Shown: positions 11,427 through 24,836 of the stretch, piece after piece
Position numbering within the stretch: position 1 is the first letter of the stretch
How the letters are laid out: each line of letters begins with the position of its first letter
Assembly (NCBI GenBank): GCA_951406725.2
Contig: OX597817.1
Location: 42,780,001 to 42,844,000 of the forward strand
Reading direction: 5' to 3'
Length of the DNA stretch: 64,000 nucleotides
Source of the DNA: Octopus vulgaris
Taxonomy: Eukaryota
Notes under the pieces: generated by a model
Told to the model about the DNA's origin: nothing
The model's database searches: none
Seen by the model: the letters and a program-made list of their open reading frames with translations, nothing else
Made by a program: the position numbers and the translations under genes

Positions 11427-12948
11427 GTTCCGAGACGTTTCTTCTTGTGTAGTGTTAGGAAGACGACGGTGGCAGTAGACGAGAAGGGTTAGCACCTCTA
11501 TGACTATCGCCGCTAATAATAGATAAAGAGGGGCACAAGTGAGCGACGAGAAAGGAACTAACACTGATAGAATGACACAAAGGGTTCACGCACGCGCGCG
11601 CGCACACACACATACATAATATAATATACACCGCCACTCCATACGCACGTTGTACGAAGTGAAAATCGTTGATGCTCAAAGAAGTAGACGAATTTTTTTT
11701 TTTTTTTGCCCTTCTTCTTCTCCCCTGCTGTAAACATCCTGGCCATTTATTTTGTTCAGTCTAAAGAAGAGAGTAAATAAACACCACCACAATGGAGACA
11801 AAGTAAAAAGAAAAAAAAAGAAGAAAGTAACAAAACAGACAATTCTAAATAAGGAACCTAACCGTTAATTGCCATTGGATAAGTATACAAGTAACAAAAC
11901 TGACGAGGAATACTTGGGACTAAGCGAGGCGTAAAACAGTATTTTCTCTCCATCGACGTCGGCGACGGCGAAGAGGCCTCGCACTGTACTTGCCCTCACT
12001 ACTCCCCCCTCTCCTTCTTCATATCTCTCTCTCTCTTATTGACTTTACTCCTACTCTACCTCCCTCCTTCAATATTTTCTTCTACTGTTACTATCACCAC
12101 TGCACCCACCCTCCCCTTCACACTAATCTGTTACCATTTACTTTATGTATTGCAATGAGACAATAAGGGCACAACACTTCCAATCTAGTCTTTTTCTTCT
12201 TCTTTTCCCTTGACGGGGGAAACAAAACGTCAACAAACTAGTTTTCTTTTTAATGCCTGATCTATTTTCAAAACCTACATGCATGTATGTATCATCAGTC
12301 CTCAAAGACCTCAACACAACAGAAGAGTTGTCTGCTGTACAATACACATTGAAAGTATGTATATGCATGTACAGATTATAAATGCACATAACTTGGTTCT
12401 ATGTATGTCTTTACTTGTGTTTCTCAGAATCATATTGCTGTCCTCTTTCAAGTAGTTTACTCCACCTCTTTACTAGTTTCTTTCACATTATTTCTTTTAT
12501 TGTGACTGTTAAAAACATCAGTCTCCTACGTTGTAGCAATCTACTAGTGTGTTTAGTTGCTAGTCTCATTATTACAAAATAACAGATAAACGAAAAAAAA
12601 AATATGCAAGTAATATTTGTTATATCGGCATAACTTAACATTATGAATGCTATTTAGACTAGATATAAATGTGTGTAAATATATGCATGCAAACTATGTA
12701 TTTATGTCATTAAGTAAAGTATACTTTCTTCTGATGATATTAATTAGTAAAGGGTTTAAATTAAAACTCTAGTTAAATGACATTGAACTGATATTTACGG
12801 AATTAGAAAAAAGCATAATAATAATAATAATAATAAATAGTTGTAAGCATCTATATTATTTGTTTGCATCGATCTATTTATGTGTTGTGTTATTGGAGAT
12901 GATGATGGCTCTAGTGTACATGACACCTCAACTAGGAGAAAAACAAAT

Positions 12949-14208
12949 TCAGTCGGAATCAAAACCTCCACTGAAATCCTGCAAACAACTGTCATCATAT
13001 CGTCAACAACAGCAACTTGGAGAACAACAATTAAAAGTGAAATTTCTAGGTCTTTCAGGGGGATAAAAAAGAAAGTCGATTTGTATTTGTTGCTGGACAG
13101 ACGGAGCGGAGGAAGATCACAAGTTCGTGGTGTCGTGAAGCTGTTGAAGGAGTAAGATTGAGACGAAAGCGACACAGTAGGAACGTGTGAGGTAGATTAG
13201 AAAAATACATAACAAAACAAAACAAAAAAAAAAGACAAACGGTGATAACACAGAAGGAAAGAAAGAACGGAGAAAAGCAAGAAAGCTACAATAAAAAAAG
13301 ATTAAATTAAAGCAACAAAAGGGGGGGTACGAAAAGGAGGTGAAGTATTAGTATAGATTGTAGACGGGGTAGCAGTAGTAATAGAAGTAGGAAGAGGTGA
13401 GACGAAGAAGCATGCACCAGTCGTTAAGGTCCGTTTAGAATACCTCCAGTGTTTACTGCTACCACCACTATTTTGTTACTACTCTGGTGATAACGTCTAC
13501 TCTAACCGCACCCCTATTTTTTGCTACTACGTCGTAAGGAGTTGTAGTAGTGGTTGTGGGATAGGGAAAAAAAAAACTATTGTAAAAGACCACCACCACC
13601 ATCATCATATCACTACGTCTTGCAATATTACTAACACCACTACTACTGCGACTACCACCGTTGTTACACCTACTACTACCACCACTACTTGCATTGGCAC
13701 TACTACCACCACGTCTGGTCTGGTCCGTGTCATAGTAATAATATCCAGCAATACTACTGCTGCATTACACCATCATTGCATCTGTGAAGCCAGCAGGAGC
13801 AGTAGTAGTAGTAGTTGTAGTAGTAGCAGTAGTAGTGATAGCACCACTACTACTACTGCTGCTGCAGCCGTCAACTAAAGGCGATAGTAGCCTTTAGGGG
13901 GGAAAACAAAAAAAAAATATTCAGTAACTGGACGGACGGACGACAACAACAGCAAGCAACAGCAAAAACGAAGGAAAAAGAGAGACAAAAATAAGGATAT
14001 TTTAGTTTTGGAGTTGGAGGAGGGAGAAAAAGAAAGGAAATTAACAACAATCATAATAATAGTAGTAATAATAATAATCATCATCATAATAAGCATTGAA
14101 CTACCAGTCATCTCTCTCCCCCCACTCCCTTCACCTTTCAAAACGTGATATTTTTTTTTCTTCTCTTCTCTCGTCCACCCCTCCACCAAATTATCGCAAC
14201 AAACAGTG
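12949..14208 (+). promoter_or_regulatory. Candidate initiator (TCAGTC, +1 at A12951) and long 5' leader of SOS
   Basis: TCAGTC matches the TCAKTY initiator consensus. Between 12923 and 14208 I find only one + strand ATG (13412), while CAT is common. The region is CpG-retaining and rich in trinucleotide repeats. Confidence 0.5.
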
Positions 14209-14313
14209 ATGTTTTCCACGTCCAGTGCAGCTAACGAGAGATTGACCTATGATTTCTCCTCCGAAGCCAACGTATCCAAGTGGCAAAACCTGTTCACTGC
14301 TTCCCTGCAAAAG
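14209..14313 (+). CDS. SOS: Son of sevenless homolog, first coding exon (MFSTSSAANERLTYDFSSEANVSKWQNLFTASLQK)
   Basis: ATG at 14209, 35 codons, ending at a consensus donor AAG|GTGAGT (intron starts 14314, phase 0). The peptide YDFSSEANVSKWQNLF..SLQK matches the recalled SOS N-terminus (human SOS1 [22 protein letters not shown]) and continues in frame into the exon at 63435. Confidence 0.92.
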
Positions 14314-16190
14314 GTGAGTTACAACAATCACATGAATTATATTTTTGTTTGTTTGTGTGTATGTATATATATGTGTGTATATGTATATGGGTTTTCTGCC
14401 CACCCATCCTACCATTCTCGTTATCATACCCCTCATTTCTTTTTCCCTCCACTCACATACACACACACACACAGTCTATTTTTATTTCATTTTTGAAATA
14501 TACATTACACATACACTGACATACACACACTCACGCATGTGTATGCTATGGTAGATTAAGATTTACAATCAGATATACGTTTATATATATATATATAATG
14601 TGTGTATGTATGTCTGTAATGCTTCGTACGATTGTATATGTTGCACTCATATATGTCTTGTGTTGTCTACGAGATTGTAATATTGGCCATGTTGTGATCA
14701 CTTGTGATGGCTACTTTGTATATGTTGTACAGTTTTCTACACATTTCCTACCGTAACTGCATTCCTCGTGTGTCCTGATACATTCACGCAAATACACAAA
14801 ATACATTTGTCTTATTTCCATTGAATTTCGGTGCTTTTCGTTAATTCGATTAATTCCCCCTTTTAGGTGTCAATTGAAAAGGAAGTCTACAAAATAACCA
14901 TTTTAAAAAACAAAATTGTAAATTAAATATTACTCAAAACTTTTTCTCACTCTCTCCAATGTGAGGTGGTGAGTTTTTTTTTCCTCCTCTATGTACATAA
15001 CTTTAATTTTGTTGATAGTTTCTGTTATTTCATCCGCCAGAGGGCAACGAAATAAGTACCAGTCATATAAAATGATACCTCTACTGACTACCTCTCTGCA
15101 CTGTGGCCTTCTGTCTTGTCAAAAGAAGTTTTATTATTTTTTTGTCTTTGTTAGAAATCATCATTGTTGTTATTCATTTATTTATTTATTTATAACAAGT
15201 GTCTGTCCTAACCCGAGATAATAATAATTCATGTCTTCCATGATAACTTCTCACGTTTGTGTATAGTTCGGTTCAACTGTTGAATCATGACTTTACGAGG
15301 TTTGCTTCAGTTAATAACACAAATATGCCACAATATCATATCTTCTTGATCCGATCGTTAACCTCATAATATATCTCGCCACCAACAATGATCACTATCA
15401 TCGCCAACTTACCAGTGACATTTTATCATCATCATCGTCGTCATGCTCATTACTATTATTAAATGACATTCATTAGTAAACACTGCCGGCTGCAGTCTCG
15501 ATCCATCTATTTTTGGAAAGGTGCAAACGACAGTGACTCTACATGGCCATTAAAAAATAATAAATAAATAAAAGATTTTGCTCATGTTAGACAGAAACCA
15601 TAAGTTTCTAGCGATACTGTCTTGTTAATAAAAAAATTAGAAAAGCATTGATAGTGGAGGTATGTGAATCGGGTAGAGTTTACCCTATCTACAGCATCAG
15701 ATTTTGTAACAGGGTCTACAATCCAGATAACCTTTTTAGAAAACCTCGAAATGTCAGGATAAGTTTTTATTTTTTTATTTTTTTATTTTTTACTTACTCA
15801 TTTCGAGAAATAGAACGTGAGTTGCTGGCTTAGACCACGCTGATTAATAGAATTGTCTCAACAGATAGACTGAGGTCTTTAGCTTATTACTTACGAGTCC
15901 GGACAAAAACAAAAACAATCAGTCCTACATAGCGTTTAATAAACTAATCATTTTTGACAATGTAATTAAATTTTGTTTTGTTTTTTTAAATATGTTTCTG
16001 TACATGCATCGGCCATTTGTTTGCTGGGAATCCTAATATCGAAAATTGAAATATTAATACATATAACTGTTTTATTTCATTTGGGAACAACTTTTATTGT
16101 TTTGTTACAAAGCAGTTTACTTTTCAAACAAGATTGTATTATTATTATTATCGTACCCGCACTCTTCTCAAAATGTATTGCCTTGTGCCT

Positions 16191-16222
<32 letters not shown>

Positions 16223-19200
16223 GGCCAGTGGATATGACCGAACTTAATGCTTGATTATATCCCAAATTTGCTGTTCTCGGTTCAAATCTTGTTGGCTAAT
16301 TTTGTTTTTCGCCCTTTTGAAGTGAAAATTATATACCAGTAAAATATTGAGGTTGATTATACCGATTCTGTTTACGTCATTCTCAAAACAATAACCTTAT
16401 CCTTAGATAAAAATAATTATTACTATAAACAAAATGCACGTGGTGCTATAATAATTTCTTCTTCAAGTCCCAACCTGCTACCTTGTTGGCCAATAGGTGA
16501 GTCCATTAGACAGGTGTCACTAGCTTTGAGACACACGTTTTTTTTTTGTATAAAACGTGTTTTATTAAGTCCAACTTCGTATTTAGATATATGTTCGCTG
16601 TAAGATATCTGTATTGATTCTGAAAATTACTTTTATTATTATGTCGAATTTCTCTAAAGAATGTTTCGTAACAACTTGATTATGGCAAGGGTCATTAACA
16701 ATTTAATTAGTAACGCGATACTTTGATAATCTATTTCCTGGATTTCTGTAATTTAACTTCGGCTCTTGTCACTGGACTCCACCCAGTGTCTCTTGTCCAG
16801 TCGCTTCTAATGAGTAACCAGTTTTCAATATTTGTGTATTGTTAACGTAAATGAAGTAATTGCTGCAGTATAGATTTTCGTTATGATTGTATCTTGTAAT
16901 GTCATCAGGTTTGGGCTGACTAAGTTTCTATGATGTCAGCAGGCAGGCTTGGCTTGCTGGCTGGGCGTTAGTAATAGTTAAGAAGGGACGTGACTCCATC
17001 CATTAAAAATGTTTATCGCCCTTGTTTATTAACCCTTTGCAGTTTAAAAACAAATGGAGGAAATTGGTCTTAAAGACATAAAATAGTTTCTACGGTTACC
17101 CTTTGAAATTTACGGATGAGGTTTCGATTTCGCTCTTAGGACGTTTGGAATATGTTGAATTGAAATTATAATCGAAAATTCTATGTACAGTCATCGTAAA
17201 ATGTCATAAGGGAAGGCCAGATGATATAATAGTAAACTTGATTGCTTATATGGGTCATTGATCAGTAAGATATGTCAGTTACGCTTAGTTTGTCAAATAG
17301 CTTAGTCTCAAACATGCAATGGCTTTGATTTGGTTGTTTACGTTCTGATATCTTCTGACCTATCAAATTAGTTTGACCTCTTGTTTTGTTTTTTTTATCA
17401 ACATCTGCCAATCCACGTTTCGTTGCAAAAATATAATTTCTTACGGAAACTTAGAACATTAAATGGGACCATTTCTCCATATTTTATTAGTAAACATTGT
17501 CTGCTGCAGTCTCGAGGCCTCTAATTTTGGAAAGGCGACTACATGGCCGTAATAAATAATAAGATGAAAGCCATAAATTTCTGACGACACTTCCGTTAAG
17601 AAAAGAAAAAATAATGTAAAAAAAAAAAAACATTAGAAAAAGCATTGATAGTTGAAGGTGTTCTTTTTAAATCGTCCTGATCCGTGGTTTTCTTTCATTA
17701 TTTACACGGTTTAAAATGGGACATAAACTGCAGATAAATTCTGTCTTTTCATTTTTTTTAACATCTAGTACTTCATATGGTTGAATAACTTTTATAGGCC
17801 CTGAATGTAGCGGTTTGTATCAGAATTGGACTACATTGAATAGATATTCATTGATTTGATGATATATTAGATTTGTGGACGATTTGGTTAGCTTCTTTTT
17901 TAATTATGATTTCGCTGAATTAGTGAACTTTAGTATATTACTAGTAGTAGAGATGACAAAACTCAATCCTGGCAGAATTTCATTTAGGTGTAGAGGTGGA
18001 CAGAACAAAACATTTTGTACCTATGACAAACTATATAAAAGAAACAAAATTGTCCTTTAGAGAAGGAAGTTACCATAAATACCAGAGCCAAACTGAGAAA
18101 TGAAGTGAAACAATCACAAATCCATGAGATAGTCTAGTGCAGAATTAAGTTTAATCTTTCTCAGTATTAATTATTAGATATTAATCAGCATTGTGTTATA
18201 TATTCATAAATTTTGCGAACACTGAGCTCCCCCCTCCCCATAAATAGCACCAATTATTTTTAAATATTGGTATTGATACATCTAAGGAGGAATTATAAAA
18301 ATAATTGTCACCTAAGACTAAGTAGTGTTAATATTAAACACTACTTGCTTAATATTAACATGAGATAGAATCATAAGCTTTATCTAGTTTGGAGCCTGCT
18401 GGTTCAAAACTGAAATCTACTTGAGGTTCATTTAATCTTCGTTTCTGGAACCAGTGAAATAATTGTTCGTCCTCCCCACCCTCTTCATTGTCGTATTCTC
18501 TTTTCTGTGCTGGAATGGATTTGAGAGATTTCTTGAGGTCAGATTCTATAGCTAAATGCCCTTCCTGATGCCAACTCGTTTTCAAGTGAAACACTTTATT
18601 CCTCTGTTAGTCTTTTATGTCAAACCACTGGGCTACGCACAGAAATGTCGATGCTGTTCAAGCAGTCTCAATACAAAGACATCATCATCATCACCATGTA
18701 ACGCCTGTTTTCCTTGATGACATGTGTTGGACTGTTTGACTGGAGCTGGTGAGTTAGAAGACTGTGCCAAATTCTACTGTCTGCTTTGGCATGGTTTCTA
18801 TGGCTGGATGCCTTTTGTAATGCCAACCTCTTTACAGTGTATGGGGTGCTTTTTTTACATGACACCAGCACCAGTAATGCCGCCAAGTAACTTGCAAGCC
18901 TTTACAGCTGATTCTCCAATGTTGAGATAAAACACTCATGCACTCACTTGTGTGTGTGTGTATGATATATAAGATAAATGATGCCATGGCTATGTGGTTA
19001 AGAATTTTATTTTGAGACCAGATGTTTTAGTGTTTATTCCCACCACATGGACACTGTTGGCTAGTGTCTTCAAGTACAGCTGTGGGTTACTCAATGCCTT
19101 GTGAGTGAAGCTTGATAGATGGAAACTCTAAGAAGCCTGTTGTGTGTGAATGTGTTTGTGTGTGTCTTTTCCTCTTGACATGTTTGTCCAAATTGTAAAC

Positions 19201-21463
19201 AAAACTCATTGTCATACATAGTGTCATTTGCTTACAACTCTCTACAAAAGCATGTGCCTTTGAACTGTTTTGTAAATTAAAGGACAAGGGGGGAATATCT
19301 TATTTGGATTGCTGATAGGAAGAGCAATGGTGATTTATATGTGTGTATAATATATATATATATATAACAGGCTTCTTTACAATTTATGTCAGGCACTGAT
19401 TGGCCTGTTACTATAGTAAAAGACATTTGCTGAAAGTGTCACATAGTGGGACTGAACCTGAAACCATGTAGTTGTGAAGTGAAATTTTTAACCACATAGC
19501 CAAGTCCTAACACACACACACACACACATATATATGCCACCTGACTGGCGCCCATGTCAGTGGCATGTAAAAAGCACCATTTGAGCGTGGTCAGTACCAG
19601 TGCTGCCTGACTGGCCCTGGTGGCATGTAAAAAGCACCCACTGCACTCTTGGAGTGGTTGGCATTAGGAAGGGCATCCAGCTGTAGAAACTTTGCCAAAT
19701 CAGATTGGAGCTTGGTGTAGCCTCCCAGCTTGCCAGTCCTCAGTCAAACTGTCCAACCTATGCCAGCATGGAAAGTGGACGTTAAATAATGGTGATGATA
19801 TATATATATATATTTATTTATTTTACTTATCCCTAGTGTATCCTTGGTTATTCATTACTGCTTGCACCTTCAGCTGGTACTTTTTCAATCAGTAGTTACT
19901 TATGCATACACATCACATGTCCATATTATGCCAGTTGTCTCTCCTGCTCATTTGGTTAATGCTTTCCAAACTCAACCACTCCCTCAGCTCACTCCTATTC
20001 TGCTTTTCATGCAACTTAGCATTACACATTCAACAAACCATACCTGACTCATTTCTTTCCACCTTCTGCACATCTTATATATTCTAATCTCTATCTCTCT
20101 CTCTCTCTCTACTAAGAAGTATCAGCATAATGCTTCTTTTTGGATCTAGGGAGAAACACTTTGCTATTGTTGTTTAGCTCCAAATCATCCTTGATTGGGC
20201 ATACTTTTGCTCAAAAGCATTCCAGTTGTGACCATCCTGCTTTTTTAGGGATATCTAGGACTATATTATCTTATGTGTCTCTCCCTTTTTTCTAAGACAG
20301 GAGAGTATAATATGAAAGAGACTTGGTTGCTATATCTAGTAAGTCAAGCAACTGCTTGGACTTTCCAACATTAGCTTGAGAGACAGTTCTTCACACCTTT
20401 TTAAAGTTTATACATTTCACTGTAATCACCCTACAAGCCACCCAAACAGTTTAAGGATTTTATTTTACAGATCCTATTGCTAGTTACATCTGTGTACATT
20501 TTTTTTTTAATCTAGAGAGTTAAATGACTAAATATTACTTTCTGCATTTGTGCAACATATTATAAAATCTACCATCTACCTCATCATTATCATTTAACAT
20601 CCATTTTCCATGCTGGCATGGTGCACTCTCTGGTATTGAAAAATCTATTTTCATCATAATGAATTAGCTACATCAGTTTGCCATTCGTTTCCTTTCTCAA
20701 TTCCAAACTCAACATTACAGTATCTTCCCTCATAAAATTATCCGATTACTGTCTAATCAAAGCACAACTTACTCAAGGTCAATTCACCACACACTACCTA
20801 TCTTTTGATCTCTATGGTCAGCTGATACGTCAGAGCTTTACTAATTCTACACTGACTACATATTTGTAATGAAATACTTCTACTAAAATCCATTTGATTA
20901 AGCTAAGCCATGAACAAAAACTGCCCATGTAGATATGTTCTTCCTTATCTCACATACACCAAAATCTCAACAACTTCCAATACCAGCAGTTCTCATACAA
21001 GACACATAAAATAGAAGCAAGTTTCTTAACCACACATGTGTGATTGTATGGTTAAGAAGATTACTTTCCATCCATGTGGTCTTGGGTTCCATCCCGTTGC
21101 ATGGCACCTTGGTCAAGTGTCTTCTACTATACCACAGGCCAACCAAAGCTTGGTAAGTGGGTTTGGTAGATAGGAACTGAAAGAAGCCCATCACCTAGGG
21201 AGTCAAAGAATCAAACAGAGCTCACAGTAAAATCCCTGCCTGGTGCATGGCTATTGAGAATGACCATGGTTAAGGCTAGGATGTAACCTTTCCATCGTTC
21301 TGAAAAATCTAGGAGTCACAACGGTGGAAAGTATGTGTAAAAATTAACCTAATATGATAAGTAAAGTGAGAGAATGAGTGTTGTTTCATGCTATGAAATG
21401 TCCTGAAGTGTTGTCAATTCATGTTACAGCACAGTTATAGTTATATGTGTGTGTGTGTGTATA

Positions 21464-21510
<47 letters not shown>

Positions 21511-22897
21511 TCACACATATGTATATGCATAATGGATGGTATAGCATTGTTTATGTAATTAATGCAGATTACGAAACGGCTGTCAACTGATGGAATAAGC
21601 ATCTATTCTCTCACTTCACTTCTTATGTAGTCAGTTTATATGTGTGTGTTAGTGTTATGTCTGACCCCCATCACTACTTGAAAACCGGTGGTGGTTTATT
21701 TATGTCCCCTAAATTAATGGTTTGGTAATAAGAACTGATAGAATAAGTGTCTGGCATAAGTTTGACAAAACCCTTCAAAGCAGTTTCCCAGCATGGCCAC
21801 AATCCCATGATTGAAGCAGTAAAAGATAGATTCTGCCTGCAGTATTTTGACAAAATAACTTCTGGTCATGTAAAAGTCATTCACACAAAAGAGAGGATAC
21901 TTTTATGCCTTACATATTCTGTGAGTTCTCTTGCTTTTCAAATTAAGGTCAGACTTTCTGATTCCTTATTGAGAAGATCTCCACCTATTTTGCAGAGTAC
22001 TTTTTTGCTGCTCTTTTTCAATCAAGATAATTCTGAGCAATATCTTGAGTGGCCATGAATAAAGCACCGTCTTGCTTCCAAATCCATTCAGAAACTGAAC
22101 TCACTTTCTCAAATCCCACCTATCAAGCCTTCGTGTGCAACAGTCATCTAAATACAGAAACTTTTACTTTTGTCTCAGCCTGGCAAGATGACTTGTTATG
22201 GCAGTGTTACTGTCATCACCCTCAATGAGCCTCTATTTTGGTTTCTGTCCTTATCAAACTCTAACTTCCCTCTTTTTATGGGTATCTATCTCCAACTTAT
22301 GAAAACATGAGAACATGTCATATCCCCAAAGAATAACCCTCCACCAACCACAAGTGTATTACACTCACTTTTAATATCAAAGAAGCAGTCTTGAAAAACT
22401 ATTTTTCTAATATTTTTTGGTTCCTTTCCCTATGTTGTGGTGGTCAAATGATCACCATTGAACCATTTCTATCCAGCATCTACTCTCTCATATCATGCAC
22501 CAATAGCTCTCTTATTTTTGAGCTCTTTGAATGTGACAATATGGCTTGATGTCAGCTTGGGAGTAGCTATTAATTATATCTGTTCTCTTGGATATGAAAT
22601 TTGTCAGCTTACTTCATTTCAGCGTGTGTGTTTTGATACATCTCTCACTCTCCCTTATCTTCATTCTCTTAACTCAGAGTGTAAAATGGTTCAACTATAT
22701 TTCCTAAATACCTCTGAGGCTGTATTAAATGCCTCTTCTCAACTACTTCTTATCAGGTATACTCCTTCGGATTATCTACTCACAACCTAGATATTTTTCA
22801 CCAACCTTGCATTACATCTATGAACTGAGCTCCTGGAAATATTCTCCAGTATGGTCATATTAAATGTAGTCTTATTCAGTAGCATGCAACGTTTGTG

Positions 22898-23200
22898 AAG
22901 GTGCATGACTGTGGTTACAGCATCTGGCTTGCAATCACGAGGTAGTGAGTTTGATTCCTGGACTGGGCTTTATTTCACATTGCTCCAGTTCACTCAGCTG
23001 TTGAAATGAGTTGCACCGTCACTGGTACCAAACTGTATTGGCCTCTGCCTTGGGTAACATCGGTGGTGTGGAGAGGAGAGGCTGGTATACATGGGCGACT
23101 GCTGGTCTTCCATAAACTACCTTGCCCAGACTTATACCTAGAAGGGTAACTTTCTTGGTGCAATCTCATGGTCATATGTGACTGAAGGGTTTTTTTACCC
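22898..23200 (+). mobile_element. SINE family D
   Basis: tRNA-like head; the body is nearly identical to 31205-31460 (ttgctccagttcactcagctg...gactgctggtcttccataaa). Confidence 0.75.
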
Positions 23201-23404
23201 TATACAGTAGCCTCACAGCACAGAAATTATATGAATCAAACATGACTACAGTACTGTCTCTCCATTTCCTGCTTGTGAATGATAAAGCTGAAACTTGAAA
23301 TGCTAACTAAGCATCATGATTTCAAATAGTGATCACTCATCTTGAATATAGTTAAGACCAGAGCCATCTTAGCAGCAATATAGCCCCCTAAGTAAATCAA
23401 TAGT

Positions 23405-23708
23405 GGAGGCACATGGCCTAGTGGTTAGAGCAGCGGACTTGCAGTCAAGGGATCGCGGGTTCAAATATCAGACCAGGCGATGTGTGTGTTTATGAGCAAT
23501 ACACCTAAGCTCCACGCGGCTCCAGCAGAAGGTAATGGCGAACTTCTGCTGACTCTTTTGCCACAACTTTCTCTCACTCTTTCCTCCTGCATCTTGCATC
23601 TCACCTGCGATGGACTGGCGTCCTGTCCAGGTGGGGAACATATACGCCAAGGAAACTGGGAAGCCGGCCCTTATGAGCCAGTCATGGCTCGAGAAGGAAC
23701 AAACAAGT
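23405..23708 (+). mobile_element. tRNA-derived SINE with a clear Pol III head
   Basis: A box TGGCCTAGTGG and B box GGTTCAAAT, followed by a non-tRNA body and an (aaca)-like tail. It does not fold into an acceptor stem. Confidence 0.7.
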
Positions 23709-24795
23709 AAATCAATGCATTGGGCCCTATGGTATTTATTATTTATTGACAACCAGCCACAGCATACATATATCAGAATTGGGCTCCTAGACCCATGAGG
23801 CCCCTCCCCGAACAACTACCCAGTGTGCACATGACTTGAGATGTCACTGCTTAGGACAACATACTAAAGGTGTTGGTGGCGGTGGTATGGTGTCCTGCTC
23901 TGTAACAGCATGTCACTGCATCCACCATTTGTTGGTGATTCCTTATCTCTGGTGGATGACACCATTGCACCACTCAAGTGACAATCTTCCAACCCATTGG
24001 TCTGTTTGGGTAGTCATTGCTGGTGAGGGTTTTATGAGGTCGGAGTGCCCACAGTGCATGCAGTGGGACTGAACCTGAAACCATGTGGTTGGGAAGCGAA
24101 TTTCTTACCACATAGCCACGCATATTACTATATTTATTCATGCATAATACCCTCTTTTTCTTCCAAATTTTTAAACTCAAAAATTAAGGATGCACATTAT
24201 ACATGAGAAGTAAATGCTTGCCTGTCCCATTTACATAGCAGTATTTGGGATGACATAACTGGAGATGTTATCCAAGCTAATCAAAGTGTTACAAAGAGTG
24301 TAAATCACAATTATAATGTCACATTTTTGCTGTGATAGTAATAATATATGTCATTGGCGTTAGGAAGGGCATCCAGCTGTAGAAACACTGCCACATCTGA
24401 CTGGCCTGGTGCAGCCTTCGGGCTTCCCAGACCCCAGTTGAACCGTCCAACCCATGCTAGCATGGAAAGCGGACGTTAAACGATGATGATGATGATGATG
24501 ATGTTCATCATTTTCTTTATCATGCCCATATTGGAAATTTTATTGATCAAGGTTGTTTCCTATTTTACTAACATTAAAAAGATTCAGATGTAATATGTAA
24601 AATTAAAATGATGATGTGCACTTACATTGTTTATATGCTACTGTGTATCTTAGTTTGTCTATATACACTATTATAAGAGCATATACTTATTAAAATTGAT
24701 TTTGTTTCAATATCCACTATAAAAGGAAATAACACCTTTGTGTTCCAGCCATAACCAGTCAATATATTGTTTAATATATATGCAATATATTTTGT

Positions 24796-24836
<41 letters not shown>

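Noticed and set aside
11900-11940. CTGACGAG as a possible hammerhead core
   Set aside because: No paired stem II followed by GAAA.
12795-13175. Overlapping ORFs of 68-126 aa near the promoter
   Set aside because: No recognisable domain, low complexity and mostly non-ATG starts; better explained as promoter/leader sequence.
14314-14496. Continuation of ORF 14206-14496 past the SOS-like segment
   Set aside because: Similarity ends at a perfect GTGAGT donor, and the remainder is intronic microsatellite read-through. The same applies to 63420-63434 and 63693-63773.
23405-23480. tRNA-like sequence with A and B boxes
   Set aside because: No acceptor-stem pairing and poor anticodon and T stems; it runs into a SINE body, so it is a SINE head rather than a tRNA gene.
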